64,000 nucleotides of DNA from Curvularia clavata (GCA_023920165.1 CP089277.1:3906001-3970000), one strand, 5' to 3'. Positions 11,475-25,060 are shown, counted from the stretch's first letter. Notes: generated by a model not told the origin, from the letters alone. Program-made: numbers and translations.

Positions 11475-12626
11475 CTAAAACTTATACACCTGATCCTTGC
11501 TATAACCCAGCTCCTTCAGGTAGCCCTCAAGCTCGCCCTGATCCGAGGGGCTCTTCTTACCACCGCTAATCGCCTTGTACATGCCCGGGGGACCGCAAAC
11601 AAACAGCTTAATCTTCTCTCCTTCCTTTGGCTCTGGCAGCACCGTCTTGAGCAGCTCCTTTGTAATGTAGCCCTTTCCGCCCTGCCACTGCTCAGGCGGG
11701 TTATCCAGGACGTAAAAGGCGCGGAAGCGCTGAGGGTACGTGTTCTCTAGTTCTTCAAACTCGCGCTTGAGCAGGATGTCTTGTTCCGAGACGTTGCCGT
11801 AGACAAGCGTGACTTTGGTCTTGTCCTCTGGGTTGCGGAAAATGGCGCGTGCCGTTTGCCACATGGGTGTGATGCCAGTGCCGCCGGCAATCAGAGCAAT
11901 GTGCTCGAACTTGTTGGGTTGCCATTGGAATTTGGGAATGGGGCCCTTGATGTCCAGGCGCTGGCCGGGCTCCATGCTGTGCATGTGCTCAGACATGGGG
12001 CCGTTGGGGTACGCCTTGATGATGAAATCTACGGTGCCCTTTTGGTCGACGTCGCTGACGGGAGTGTAGGGTCGGATGACGGGTTTCTGCATCTCGGGGC
12101 CCTTGTACTTGGTGATGACGGCAGCTAGATGGAATTAGTATGTCTTCAAACAATCGTTCCCTATAGACATACAAGCTACAGGCAGGCCGCTCTCCATGTC
12201 TTCCTCGGGAAGCTTAAAGGTAAGCTTCTTGGTGTTGTGGTTGATGACCTCAGACTTGTCCAGCACAAGCGACAAGAAACCTTGGTCTCCTCCAGTGAAT
12301 GCCTTCTTAGCAGCGGCGCCGGTCGAAGAAGGGATCTTGTTGGCCTCCTCGGACGGCGGCGCTCGACCCTGCTGTCCTGATGGCGAATCACCTCCCCTCA
12401 AGAACAGATAAGCGCCAGAGAGACCAGCAGCAGCAATTCCTGTGTACAAAACACCATTGTTACCACCGCTCTTGGGCTGCTCAGATGCATATCGGCGGAC
12501 TTGCTATTCCCACACGTCAGTATTTGTCCGGCGACTTGGAAGATTTGTAATGCGCAGAACAATGAGAAAGTTATCGCGTACCTGGTGCAGCGTCCTGGCC
12601 GGGCGGAATACCTGTCTGGCAAACAT
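11475..12626 (-). CDS. MCR1: mitochondrial NADH-cytochrome b5 reductase 2
   Basis: Presequence [17 protein letters not shown] segment, FAD motif RPYTP, NADH motifs AGGTGITPM and CGPPGM, C-terminal VYKF. Two introns. Confidence 0.95.
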
Positions 12627-13705
12627 GGCGAGACGAATTGGTATGATTTGATAGGTGGGTGAGGGTCAATGGAGGTGTGGAAGGGAAAGAGGTGATGTTA
12701 TCGAGGTACTTTGCGCTCGTTGTGAGCTAACGCCAAGCTGCAAACGTCATCGGTTGCTGACATGCCCCGAAGTCCGGACTCTGTTCTATATTCCCCGACG
12801 TATCCGTGCCCAGCCACCAGGCATTGCGGCAGATGAGTTACAGAATACCTACATCATGAATATAGGTGGCAGATTAGTATAGCCTTGAATGTATTGGATC
12901 CATAAGAAATGCTAATCATGTAAATGAAAGAATTCATGTAAAGGATTTCACCATGCGAAGTTTGAGTAAAGCTGCTTCCAACGATGTACTGTTGGACCTG
13001 CAACGTTTCGCTCAAGGATTGTGAAATCCAAGTTACTTATTTTTATATGTGTTCAATTTATCTATCTAGGCACAAAAAGTACTTTGAGGGCCTGGTATTC
13101 AAGGGAGCTCTGGTGAAAGAAGGTAATTGGTTGGACGGAATTTCGTATTCACCCCACTCTAGACGTTTTTAACAACATGTAAGACTATGAAGAATGCTTT
13201 CTCGTACTATGTGTATATTTCCATCTATGAAGGATGAGTATGTCCACAAAAGTCTATTTCAATCTCACCAGTCATGTCGTCTAAACAGTGCTCTCGTCAT
13301 CTGATATGTGTTTCTCTCAAAAAGGCTACCCCCAACCTTTCATTGCCTATAGCGTTGTTGTGTGATACTACATTGCCCTTCACATTTTAATTGCAAGTTG
13401 TTGTGTGACCAAATACTCTTTCCAGCAGGTGCATTCTTCACAAATTATGTTTTCCAAGTCACTGGTATACAAAAACGCTGTGACATTCACCAACCAAGAG
13501 ACCCTATTCTCACACCCTCTTCATTCACGGTTTCCAGAAGAGCCAAATATATAAAGTCCGCTCACCTTACTTCTCCAAGTTCTATCTACATACACATTGC
13601 TTTAGCAACACAACTCCAACCCAAGCAAACAACCCATACAGCACTGTAACCTACACCTACACCAAACCCAAGCAAACAAATTCCCCACGCACTACACTAA
13701 CAACG

Positions 13706-13972
13706 ATGCCCAATAACAACTACCCCACTTACCCCCGCGGCAGCTTCATGCAGCTCCCCAACCAAGGTTGGAGCCTTCAGCCCATAGGTCAACCCGATAG
13801 AGACCTGTATACTAGCGGCGGATTCTAAAGTATACCGTGGTCTAGGCGGCAGAAGGATGCGAATCTCTCTGCTGATCGGAGTACGGATCACTGGGTTGGC
13901 TCGGGCGGGCAGTGGACGAGGTATCAGGGCCCGTATATGGGGGGTAGTGGGTGGAAGTGGGGACCGAGGTAA
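13706..13972 (+). pseudogene. small Gly/Trp/Gln-rich gene with one internal stop, or a 40-aa peptide gene
   Basis: TATA-like AAATATATAAAG at about 13545 and a CAA-rich leader precede ATG 13706. The frame reads MPNNNYPTYPRGSFMQLPNQGWSLQPIGQPDRDLYTSGGF*(TAA 13826)SIPWSRRQKDANLSADRSTDHWVGSGGQWTRYQGPYMGGSGWKWGPR*. Confidence 0.4.
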
Positions 13973-14347
13973 GACAGGAGGTGAGGGAGAGAGAGAAAAG
14001 AGAGGTAGTGGTATATACGTGAGGCATGCGAGAATTAGCGAGGAATGAGAGTGCTCTGATAGGCGAACATTGTGTTGCGATTTCGATATATGATTGATGT
14101 GTGATTTGTACTTATGTAGTATTATTTGAGTATATGCAATTCACTATACAACTGCAGAACTTGTAAAGACCATTCAAGCATTCAACTGGACTATGGTATC
14201 TCATTGCAAAAATTGACTTGTTAACCAAATGTATTTCATACGACCGCCTTTGTCGTGTCAATCGCTGCAACTCTATGCTATATCAAATGAGATCCTTATA
14301 ACGCCAAATATGCACTAGCTATACACGAGCTATACACGATTCAACAC

Positions 14348-17049
14348 TCAGTGCCCTATTCCTCCAGCAACCCAGTTCATAAACTCAGGGTCGTTGGGAT
14401 TGGGGAAAAGCCCCCTGTCCTGCTGGGGCTGTGCTTGTGCTTGTTGCTGTGGTATTGGTATTCCTTGGTTCAACTGCTGCTGCTGCTGCTCCTGTTGTCG
14501 TCTTCGCTCTTCTTCCTGGCGCCGCTGTCTTTGTCTTCGGTAGTAGAGAAGAAATGCCAGAGCTCCACTCAGAGCCAGGATGACGAGTGATTCAAGTATG
14601 TCCGAATCTATGTCGTCGCCGTGATAGCCATCTCCGTAGAAGTCATCGGCCACATCGTCATAATCATCGGCTACATAGTCGTCCCAGCCAGCAAGCTCAG
14701 CTTCCAGGAAAGCGTTGAGCCATTCAGAAAGCGTCCAGTCTTTCTTGACTACTAGAGGCGCGTTAGTATAATAAGCGTTATGTATCGATATATAACATGA
14801 CCTACCCGGTTCTTCCTGAATGGATTTGATGTTGCCGTTCGTGAAGGTGTTCCACCAACTGCGGAATCTCAACTTGTACAGAGCCAAAACCACAGGTAAA
14901 TAGGCCTCGCGCGGATTGGTCTCCAAGGCCAGATCATAGTGTCTTTTTGCGAGATGGAAATCTTGTTCAATGCCAATGCCATTCTCATGCATCCAGCCAA
15001 GGTTCCACAAAGCCTGCGCACTTCGCATGGTTTCTGCCGCTGCTTGGTAGCAAGCTGCTGCCTTCTCTTCGTCAGCTGGTGTGCCAATGCCCATGAGATA
15101 GTAGTCTCCCATTTTGACCATGGAGTCGACGTTTTTCTGTTCGGCAGAGCGTGTCCAGTAGACCAAAGCCAGAAATGCGTCGCTTGCTAGTGTCGCCTTT
15201 CGCTTCATGAACGGCAGTAAAGAGTCGAATGAGAATTGAGGCTTTGCCTGATCAAGAAGGTAGGCCACGTTGGCTTGTCCGATCTCGAAGCCTTGCTCAG
15301 CTGCCAGCATGTAGTTGACGAGCGCTTTCTCTAGATCGCCCTTTGCATAAGCTTCGTTGGCTTCCGGGAAAGATGTCGACACAAGCTCGGCTTTCTCTGC
15401 GACCAGCTTGTAGTATGCAGCTGCAACATGACATGACTTGTCGCGCCCAACACCATTGTGCGTCATTTCAGCTAAGTAGTAAAAGGCCTCCAGATGGCCA
15501 TGCCTAGCTGCGAGTTCGAAGTACTTGATAGCGATTGAGACGTCTCCTTGGTCTAAGAACAGTGCTCCAAGCCTCACTTGAGCCACTGCCAGATCCTGGT
15601 CGGCGGCAGCGCCAAAAAGTTCTGCAGCCTTGACAGCGTCTTGTGGGACACCGAGCCCCTTCAGGTACATGAGACCCATGGAATATTGGGATAGCGCATC
15701 TCCTAGCTCCAAGCCACGCCTGAACCACTTCTTTGCAATGTCGAAGTTTTGAGCCGTTCCCTCGCCTCGCAAGAACATTCGACCAAGATATCCAGCAGCT
15801 TTCGCCGCCAGCTTCTCGGTGGTCGGTGAGACATTGGCATTTACCTTACCACTCGGAGTCCAATACATGCGAGCGAGCTCGAGGAATCGTTTCTTGGCCG
15901 CTGGGAGATCTCGTTTCAGAGTTCGGGCACCATCATAGTTCAATTTGGCAAGGTTAAAAGTAGCTCTTGCGTCACCCTTGCGAGCCTGGAGGTCCATGTA
16001 TTCAAACACGTCATCGAGTGAGGAGAAGGCATCGGATTGAACGCTGGCCACTTTGGCGTTGGCTCCGGAGCTACTTGCGCTCGCGCCCTCGCCGTACACA
16101 CCACCTTCGTCATCAGCAATGTTGTATGACTCTCTTGGCATGGAGTGCCCGCCCGGTGGTCCAGATCGCAGATATGCGATGGCTTTCTTGGCAGCTTGCC
16201 GGTAAAAGTACACGGCCTCCTCGCAGTTACGCGGCGTCGATATGCCGGCCGAATGTCTATACGCAACAGCCATTTCTGATCGCACATCGCCACCTTCAGC
16301 ACCCAGAGTGTAGTACAAAAGCGCCTTGGCCTGATCCTGCTTGACCGCTCCACCAATGCCTGTCGCGTGCATGAATCCAACCATATGCTGTGCCGAGGCG
16401 TTTCCGTTCAATGTGGCAAGCTCGTGGTAGCGTCGGAAAGCTTCAGAGTAATTGCGCGGGTGAGTGAAGTTGCCGTAAAAGTTCATTTCAGCGAGCAAGA
16501 ATAGGGCATCGGGGTTCTTCTGGGCGGCTGCCTCTTCCAGCAATGTGACGGCCTGTGCGAGTGGCTGGCCCAGTTTCTTGGGCTGCGGGTTTGTTGTCAA
16601 CAGCTCCTGCTGTGGTGGACCGTTCATAAACAAGAGGAAGAAGACTTCTTTGGCGTAGTATGCGCCTGCGCCCAGTATTCCAGATTTCTTGTCAAAGTTC
16701 CACCATGGTGCCGCTGCCGGTTTGATCTGGCGGAGAAGCGACATGGCCTCATCAAAGGCCAGAGTTCCTTGGTGCGCATTTACGCCTTCGTTTCCAGAGT
16801 TCCCCCATCTTGACTTCCATGCGTCTTTGCTCTGTCCTGGTGAGCCATGGTTTCCTGTTGTTTGCCCCGCACCCAACGGTTTCTGGTACGCATCATCTGC
16901 TTCACGGTCAAGGTGCGATTTCGAGAATACGGTTAGACAGATTGAAAGAAGAACTGTGTGTCTGGTCGTCAGTCAGAGGCTAATCCAGGTCGCATGCGTT
17001 GGTGCATACCGAAGAGAAGCGGCACGAGCCGCTGGAATCGTGGCCTCAT
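14348..17049 (-). CDS. HRD3: ERAD ubiquitin ligase subunit Hrd3/Sel1L (Sel1 repeats)
   Basis: Spliced N-terminus MRPRFQRLVPLLFVLLSICLTVFS (signal peptide), many Sel1-like repeats (e.g. AQALWNLGWMHENGIGIEQDFHLAKRHYD), C-terminal TM, Q/R-rich tail ending WVAGGIGH. In-frame intron 14752-14805. Confidence 0.95.
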
Positions 17050-17580
17050 TGTGGGTAACGGTTGAAAAACAAGATTGCTGGAGGAAAGAAACTCATCATG
17101 TCATGTCGGAGGGTAGAGAGCGAGAGAGCGAGTACTCGGCGCAGTCGTGGTGAAGTTACCTGTAGAGGCCAGCTTTCCACTATTGAGGCTCGGGTGGCAG
17201 TCGCGCTCTGCTAACTTGTCTGGCCAATGAGCGTTGACGTCACTAAATTACACGTCGCATAGCCACGCGCAACGGTGCCTGAGTTTGTCTAGGCTGTCTC
17301 TTGCGTTTTTCATGATTCACTATTATTTCCATCTCGACTAGTACCAGCTTCGACGTCAAATGTAAGCCTGTCGCTTTACAAGTGCCATCTTCTCGGACGA
17401 AAGCCCGCGGGATACGGCAACCGGTCTATTTCCGCATTTGTAATCCGTCGAGGCACTAGGATCCCTGCACGTATCATAATGATTTCGATCTTTGACGCGT
17501 TGTTCTCCGCCATGTATCACTGTCTCTCTCTATCTTTATCCATTGTCGATTTATGTGAACTGCCTCGCTGATCCTGCATC

Positions 17581-19467
17581 ATGGCCGTCTCCAATGGTAC
17601 CACAGAACGAGAGCCTTTGCTCCAACCGTCAACATCGCCGAGCTTATCTGAAAGATACGCCAAGGATGAGCAAGCGTACATTTCTACAACTCGGGGTGCT
17701 TTGATTGTCGCATCTGTCGGTTTACTGATATTCCTTCAAGGTATGCCATGGTCGTCAATTCCTTTTGCGTCATGTTTGTGCAAACCACGTGTTCGAGGCT
17801 TCTACCCAATACAACATGGTCTTCCATTCCATACACATGGCCATAGAAAGAATCCATTCACGTGACATCAAGGAGAAATATAGAATAAGAGACCTAACTA
17901 CAGCCAGCTACCAACATCTCCATCCTTACCACGACTCAATCTTCAATTGCCGCCGACCTAGATGCTTTTGAGAATGCGAGCTGGTTCACATCCTCCTACC
18001 TTATCGCCATGTCGTCTCTGGCTCCTCTCATGGGGAGGCTGTGCCAAGTCTTCAGCCCACGACTATGCATGTTCTTCTCTACCATGATGATATGCATTGG
18101 ATCCGTCGTAACTTCTACGTCCATGTCATTTGAGCACTTCGTCCTTGGTCGTGTCATCACTGGAGCTGGCGGTGGAGGTATCTTCATCGTTGCAAGCATC
18201 ATGGCAATCCAGATGACGAGTCCAAGGCGACGAGGCTTGTATATGGGTCTCGCTAACACTGCAATGACGGTCGGCGTCTCGCTCGGCGCGGTCATTGCAG
18301 GTGCGCTCGAGCCTAGAATCGGATGGGTAGGTCTCTGCTCTCTTGTGTACACATATGTCTTGGCTTGGCTAACACGCGAAGAAACCTCTTTTCGGCATTC
18401 AAGCGCCTCTGAGCTTCGTTGCAGGCTTGTGTCTGTTGTTCTCTATCCCGGCAAGCCACACGTCCAATAACATTAAATATACCGGCCTCTCTGTCCGCGA
18501 AAAGCTTACCCGCATCGACTATTCTGGAGCTCTGCTTTTGACCACTACCATTGTCTTGTTCCTTTTGGGTTTGTCTGGTCCAAAAGTCCTTCCCACGCCC
18601 ATCATTCTATCAGCCCTTGCTCTTCCGGTCTTTGTGCTCAACGAAGCCTATGTCGCCAGCGATCCAGTCATTCCAGTCTCTGTCCTACGGTCTCGTGGGA
18701 CTCTACTGACTTGTCTCGCAACGACTGGCTTCATGATGGCTCGGTGGAGCATCCTCTTTTATACTCCGGTGTACTCTCTTGCCGTTCGAGGTTGGGCGCC
18801 TGCCGTTGCCGGATCGATTCTTATCCCAACAAATGCTGGCTTTGCCTCTGGCGGGCTGCTTGCGGGAATTTTCCACATCAAGCGCACAGGAAGTTTCTAC
18901 CTTCACACTGTTGTTGCCATGGCGCTGTTCCCGGTGTCCATGACTGTGCTCGCTTTCATTTCAACGCCCACAAGTCCGTGGGCATTGTATGTGGCCATGG
19001 TCTTCCTCAATGGCCTCGTTACAGGAGCTGCAACAAACTACGCACTTGTCCATCTCCTTCATCTTACGCTCCCAGAAGTCCATCCCATTGTCATTTCGCT
19101 TCTGGCCACTTTTCGTGGTTTCTCGGGTTCGTTTGGTTCGGCAATTGGCGGCGGATACTTTGTTCGTGTGCTGCACAAGTCTTTAGACGAGGGTTTCGCA
19201 CGTGCTGGGCTGAAGAACCGTGGCGAGCTAACTAGGCGACTACTAGGAAGCCCGGCACTAGTGGGTAGGTTGGATGGTAAGGACAGAGCGGTTGCCGTTG
19301 GGGCATATGGAGACGCTATTAAGGCGTTGTTTCTTTGTGCTGTGGGGTTGTCCATCATCGTTGTGCTCTTGCAAGCCGGCACCGGCTGGAAGGAGCCAGA
19401 GAAACCTGAGGAGCAGAGACGGGAAGAAGAGGAAGAAGCTGAAGGTAACGCACCTATTGGTGCCTGA
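17581..19467 (+). CDS. MFS transporter (VBA/Fnx-like vacuolar or drug:H+ antiporter family)
   Basis: N-terminal acidic dileucine 'TEREPLL', many TM helices, 'WFTSSYLIAM', 'GRVITGAGGGG', 'RRRGLYMG', 'RIDYSGALL'. Two introns link ORFs 17581, 18009 and 18427. Confidence 0.9.
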
Positions 19468-20272
19468 GTATGATACTGTCAATTGGAGGTGAGTTAGCTT
19501 TGTAATATACAATTTAGACTTGACTGTCATAGGGGAAATATATCTGCACATTAGAAACAGTAGAATGGCTTCGCCACAAATTCCCTTAACTTCGAAGAAA
19601 ACATAGTTCCCAACATGTTGTCCAGATAACATGGCTCGTCTCCCATTCTCAATTTCGTCATTACGAGTCTGAAGCCAGGTCATGCACCACATTCACCTTC
19701 ACCATTCACGCATAGCAGAAGCGATTGCGTTTGTTCGTCCTGCTGACATCATACCTGCCGAGTAGCCCTCTCATTATTCCATCGCCTTCCGTGCCTGTCC
19801 CCCGGCACCTTCCCATACTGCTTCGGTTGTTTGCTGTTGTTTGCGCACGTCCCCCCGAAGCCTCGCAGCTGTCTATGGACGATATATCGCCCTTGGCCTC
19901 TCTCTCTCCTTCCTCACCCGGCGCACTCAAGCAACGTCCAAGGCTTGCTGCGTCCTATCCAGACAACTGCTGCCTCCCTTGACAACACCACCGCACGCTC
20001 TGAACAGCACAACGTAAGTATATCTCGCTTCAGCTTTCACTGCGTTTGTCTCTTCACTCTGAGCACTTCAGCTCGAGCACTTTACTTTAACAACAAACAT
20101 CCACAAAAGAATCATCAGAAAGTCTTTGTGCTGAGCAACAGCTTCGTCTGGGGCTTTGGCTGAAGGGCATCAAAGTGCTGGCACTCATGCTTGCGTTCAT
20201 CGTCTCCCGTCATCACAGCTACTGACTTGCATAGAAACACACGTACTTGCTAACAGCTGCAAGCTCTTCACC

Positions 20273-21397
20273 ATGGCTCGTGGCAAGACTGCCATAGCTA
20301 TGGCTTTGTCGTCCAACCCTTACCCTAAACCCAAGGCGCATGTCCCTCGCTTGACCCTATGCGAGGTGTGCGACCGGGAGTTGCCTACCAAGGACTGGCC
20401 CGCCCACAAGAACTCCAAGAAGCACCGTGAGGCTGAGGCCAAGGAGCGTGAAAAAACGATCAAGAGCCCTTTCGGTTTTGGCGGCGATGCCGTTGGCTTC
20501 GGTAGCAGCACCGAGTCTGCCAACGCCAACGAGTTCGGTTTCGGTGATGCCTTTGCCAACACTGCCACCACTGATGGCAATGGCTGGGACGCTGGTGTAG
20601 ACTTCTCTACTACCAATTCTAACAGCAACAACAACAAGAGTAGCGGCGGTGACCAGCGTGCCTGCTTCAGCTGTGGCGGAACCGATCATCAGAGACGCGA
20701 TTGCCCTCAGGCTTCCAACAACCAGGGTTGTTTCAACTGTGGCGAGACTGGGTATGTTGTATCATGACATGTTCGAAACAATTTGCTGATTCGTAACTAG
20801 TCACCGCAAGGCTGATTGTCCCCAGCCGCGCAAGCCTATGGCTGGCGCAGCTGGTGTTTGCTTCAACTGCAACCAGCCAGGGTATGTGTCTTCTTGTCTT
20901 TACTATGATGGCCTTCACATTGAAATATTTGAACGGAATTCTTATTAACTTTCACCAGCCACAACAAGGCCGAGTGCACCGAGCCCCGTGCCGGTGGAGG
21001 CAGCGGCGGCGGTGGCCGTGCCTGTCACAACTGCGGCGAGGAAGGCCATATCTCCTGCGACTGCGAGAAGCCCCGTGTCATGAAGTGCCGTAACTGCGAC
21101 GAAGAGGGTCATGCGGCTCGTGAGTGTCCCAAGCCTCGCGACTGGAGCAGGGTCAAGTGCCGCAACTGCAACGAGTACGGTCATGGTGAGAAGCGCTGCC
21201 CTAAGCCTGCTGCCGAGGCCACCGGTGACGAGACCATTGGTGGTGACTGGGGCAATGCTTCCGCTCCTTCCAATGCCACAACTGGTGGATGGGGTGATAC
21301 TGTCACCGAGACGACTGGAAATTGGGCCGACGACACCGCGGCTGCCGAGGACATCTGGGGCGAGCCAGATGTCCCTGCTCGTGTCACAGAGTGGTAA
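20273..21397 (+). CDS. CCHC zinc-knuckle nucleic-acid-binding protein (CNBP/Gis2-related) with an N-terminal C2H2-like finger
   Basis: After removing two introns there are six Cx2Cx4Hx4C knuckles (CFSC, CFNC, CFNC, CHNC, CRNC, CRNC). Also CEVCDRELPTKDWPAHKNSKKH and G/W-rich low-complexity ends. Probable 5'UTR intron from 20014 (GTAAGT). Confidence 0.9.
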
Positions 21398-21852
21398 GTG
21401 ACATTAGTGGCCTGACCTACGAGGTTTGTTAGCGGCGGGTTTCCGATCTAACGCAACATACACTATGTTCCCAACGGCGGTGGATTTCAGCGTAGTGGAT
21501 GTGCTAGTGGGACCTCGGGGCGTGGCTAGGACTTAGCTGAGCGACTGTGGAGGATGATAGTGGTGGGATTTTCAGACGACATTTGCACCCACATCAAGCA
21601 TAGTACGGTCGTGTATAGCGTAGCGAAGATGTACAAAATGCTCTTCGAGGGATGCAAATATAAAAATTCATGATTCATATACATCCTTCGACTGTGCTTG
21701 ATGACAGTGTACTGTCAAATTTGTGAGATTGATGACAGAATCACGGAACGTGCAATGAACGACAAGGCCGGATGAAGAGAGAAAATAACGTCTATATTCT
21801 AATACATCTGGAACCAAATTTTTCACAAGTCCATCCCCTTAACATTCCGAAT

Positions 21853-24532
21853 CTAAGCAACACCCAACCGCAGACTGACGGCTCGTCGGTGAGCCTCCAA
21901 CTCCTCGACACGCGCCAGCTCCATGACGGCAGGACCGACATTCTCGAGACCTTCCTTGGTAAGGTGAGAGCTCGTGATGTGTTTGACGTACGAGGCGAGA
22001 TTGACACCCGAGTACTGCTTTGCATAACCGTAGGTCGCTGTTTTCAAGAAAAATCGTTAGTATACAGGACTAACAAACAAGAAAGGGGGAGAAGAGAAGA
22101 GACTTACGTAGAGAGTGATTGACACCAGCAGAGTAATCACCCACACTTTCTGGTGTCCACTGCCCGATAAACACGCTACCGGCATTCTCGACCATTTCAG
22201 CCACCTTCTCTGCGTCTTCGACTTGTAGGATAAGGTGCTCGGGCGCATATTGGTTGCTGAGTTGCATGGCTTCCTCCATGGAGGCGACGCACAAGGTGAA
22301 GGAGTGCTCGATGGCGCCGCGGACGATATCCACACGCGGCAGTGCGGTGGCCTGCTTGTGCAGCTCGTCTTCGATGGCGACAAGCTGGTCTTGGTTGAGT
22401 CCGACGGCGATCAAGATGACTTGCGAGTCGACACCGTGCTCGGCCTGGCTGAGAAGATCCGAGGCGACAAAAGCTGGGTTGGCAGATGCATCCGCAATGA
22501 CGAGGACCTCGCTGGGTCCCGCGGGCATGTCGATGCTAACGCCTGCGTTTGTGTCGTTGGAGACGTGCATCTTTGCGGCGGTGACGAATTGGTTGCCAGG
22601 GCCGAGGATCTTGTCTACCTTGGTCACGCTTTCAGTGCCGTAGGCCATGGCGGCAACGGCTTGCGCGCCGCCGGCGAGGACAATGGATTCTGCGCCGACC
22701 TTGTGAGCGACATAGACAACTTCGGGAGTCACTTGGCCGTTGGATCTGGGTGGTGTGGCGAGGACAATCTTCTTGCAGCCGGCTACCATGGCAGGTACAC
22801 CGAGCATGAGCGCAGTAGATGGAAGCACAGCAGTTCCACCAGGTACGTACAAGCCTACTCTCTCAATGGGACGCGCGAAGCGAGAGCATACGATTCCAGG
22901 CATTGTCTCGACTCTGAGCGGCTTATCCTCCTTTTGCGCAGCGTGGAACTTTCTGATGTTTTCAAACGAGACATCAATGGCTTTGGCTGTCTCTGGTGCG
23001 AGTTGCATGAGCTCTGGAGGGAATGGCGCCTTGAGTACGGGCGAAGTCAATGATGTTGCCTTCTCGAACTTGTGCGTATATTCCAGCAATGCAGCATCTC
23101 CACGCGTCTTGACAGCCTCAATGATAGGACGGCAGATACCCAGAATCTTATCGGTGGAGCGTTGAGATGGTCGTTGTAGCGCAGAAGCAATAGTCTCTGG
23201 GGTTTCTTCGGCGGTAACGTATCGCTTCATGGCGATGCGGCCATCCTTAATACCGGCTGGGTCGTCCTTGCTCTTTGGCACTGAAGCAGCCTCCTTGACC
23301 ATTTCTTTGGTGCTTGAGTCAGCCGAAGCGCCATTTGTCGCTGGCTGCGCAGCAAAAGCTGGCTTTGCGTCGCCTTGCCGCCTCTTGACCTTTATGCTCT
23401 TGGCATCGAGATTGCGCTCGACGTCTTCCAACGATACTCCAGCAGCGACACACTTGGTCAAGGCAAAGTAGAAGAGATCGGCCGCCTCGAATGCAACTTC
23501 TTCTTTGGTATTGGCATCGCAAAGCTCAGTGGCTTCCTCGAGAATCTTGGCTCTCAGTAGCTGTGAGTCATTGAACAGGCGGGCGGTGTATGAGCCTTCT
23601 GGGGCCGACTCCTTGCGGCTCTGCAGAGTCTTTTGCAGCTTGGACAGTCCGCTGTAGTCGCCGAAGCACGTGGGAGTCGCCAGGTGGCAGAAGCCCCGAC
23701 CCTTTTGTCGGACGACAAAGCGCAGGCAATCACTATCGCAGTCTAGGGACAGCGATACCAGCTCTTGGATATCGCCACTGCTTTCGCCCTTGTACCACAG
23801 GCCCCGCTTCCGACTTTGGTATACGCCCCGTCCTGTCTTCAAGCTTTCAGCTACGCTCTCGTGGCTACTATATACGAGTCCGAGGGCGACGCCCCGCTCA
23901 TCCGTCACAAGGGTAGTGAACAGGCCATCGGGTCGGTCGCTCTTCGCATTGGCCATGAGCAGCTTAGCGACGCTCAATGCGCCAGGCTGTTTGGCGGGGT
24001 CGACGGTGAGATTTTCGGCGGGGACAATGGGGACTGCGGTCGTGTCTGCAAGTCCCAGCACAGTGTCAATGTCTGGGCGCGCAAATGAGACGAAAGCGGT
24101 CGCGTTGGAGTCCTTGAGCGCGGCCTTGACTTGGTCGGCATTTTCAACCTGATCCAGGTAGACGCTGGTTTGCGCATTGGCGGCGCCATCGACGAGAGGG
24201 TTTGCTGTGTTTCCTGCCAGGCATAGGACGGTCCTGTCGTTGTCGATCTTCAGAGCCTTGAGCTGGTCGGATTGCTCGCGAGTAACAAAAACCTTTGCGG
24301 CGCCGGCATCGAGGAGGGAGACAATGTCGTCGACGGATGTGAGAGCGGAGACATGGAGATAGTTTGTGAAGCGGCCGACTGACTGCTTCAGATGGGCGAG
24401 GGTTTGGTCGATGTTGTCATTGGTGACTCGGACGAAGACATTGGCAACAAAAGAAAGGGCCTGCGCATCAAGGCCCTGGGTCTGGTCCTTGTATGTGGCC
24501 AGGTCAATGGCAGCAACCAGCGCGGCGGCCAT
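21853..24532 (-). CDS. HIS4: trifunctional histidine biosynthesis protein (PRA-CH / PRA-PH / histidinol dehydrogenase)
   Basis: 'YQSRKRGLWYKGESSG', 'DCDSD..FCH' (HisI); 'SYTARLF..KILEEA' (HisE); 'YVPGG', 'GPGNQFV', 'DMPAGPSE', 'APEHL', 'GDYSAGVNHSLPTYG' (HisD). One intron near the 3' end. Confidence 0.98.
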
Positions 24533-24593
24533 TTTGTACAATGTCTTGTGTGTGCCTGGAGCAATGGGATGCGCGGGCAATCACAGCAGCAGA

Positions 24594-24649
24594 GAGTCAG
24601 ACAAGCATGAGTCGACTGCTGGAAAAAGTCCAGCCAGGCCGACTGACTC
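24594..24649. promoter_or_regulatory. cluster of Gcn4/CPC-1(CpcA)-like elements upstream of HIS4
   Basis: GAGTCA 24594-24599, TGAGTC 24608-24613 and TGACTC 24644-24649 lie about 60-120 nt upstream of the HIS4 ATG. HIS4/his-3 is a known cross-pathway-control target. Confidence 0.55.
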
Positions 24650-25060
24650 CCGACTTGAGCTGCGGGGTCCATCCAATCTGCCCCGCCATGTCCATGACGC
24701 CACCGCCACTATCCGCTGCACCTCTGCCTCGGCCTACGACACCGCAGTGCATCCTCAACTCGATATTCCTACTATGTAGAAGCAAATGAAACTGATTTAC
24801 TCGTGCAAGTAAACGAGCCTTGTGTATTCCTATCAAGGCTTCACCCCGCAAGAGTTGTCGGGCATCCGTCGGCATGGCCTGGATAGTCTCGCTTCCTTGT
24901 TCTGTAATCCATGAGTTGTCTCGTATGCTCAATGCTGCAACATCCTGCGCATATCATCTGATATGCGTATATAAAGCCTGTCCGTGGTCTCCTTGAACAT
25001 GCAGTCACTTTCGCCTCTCATCTCCCATCTCCACAGCCCAACCCACGTCTCACCACAAAC

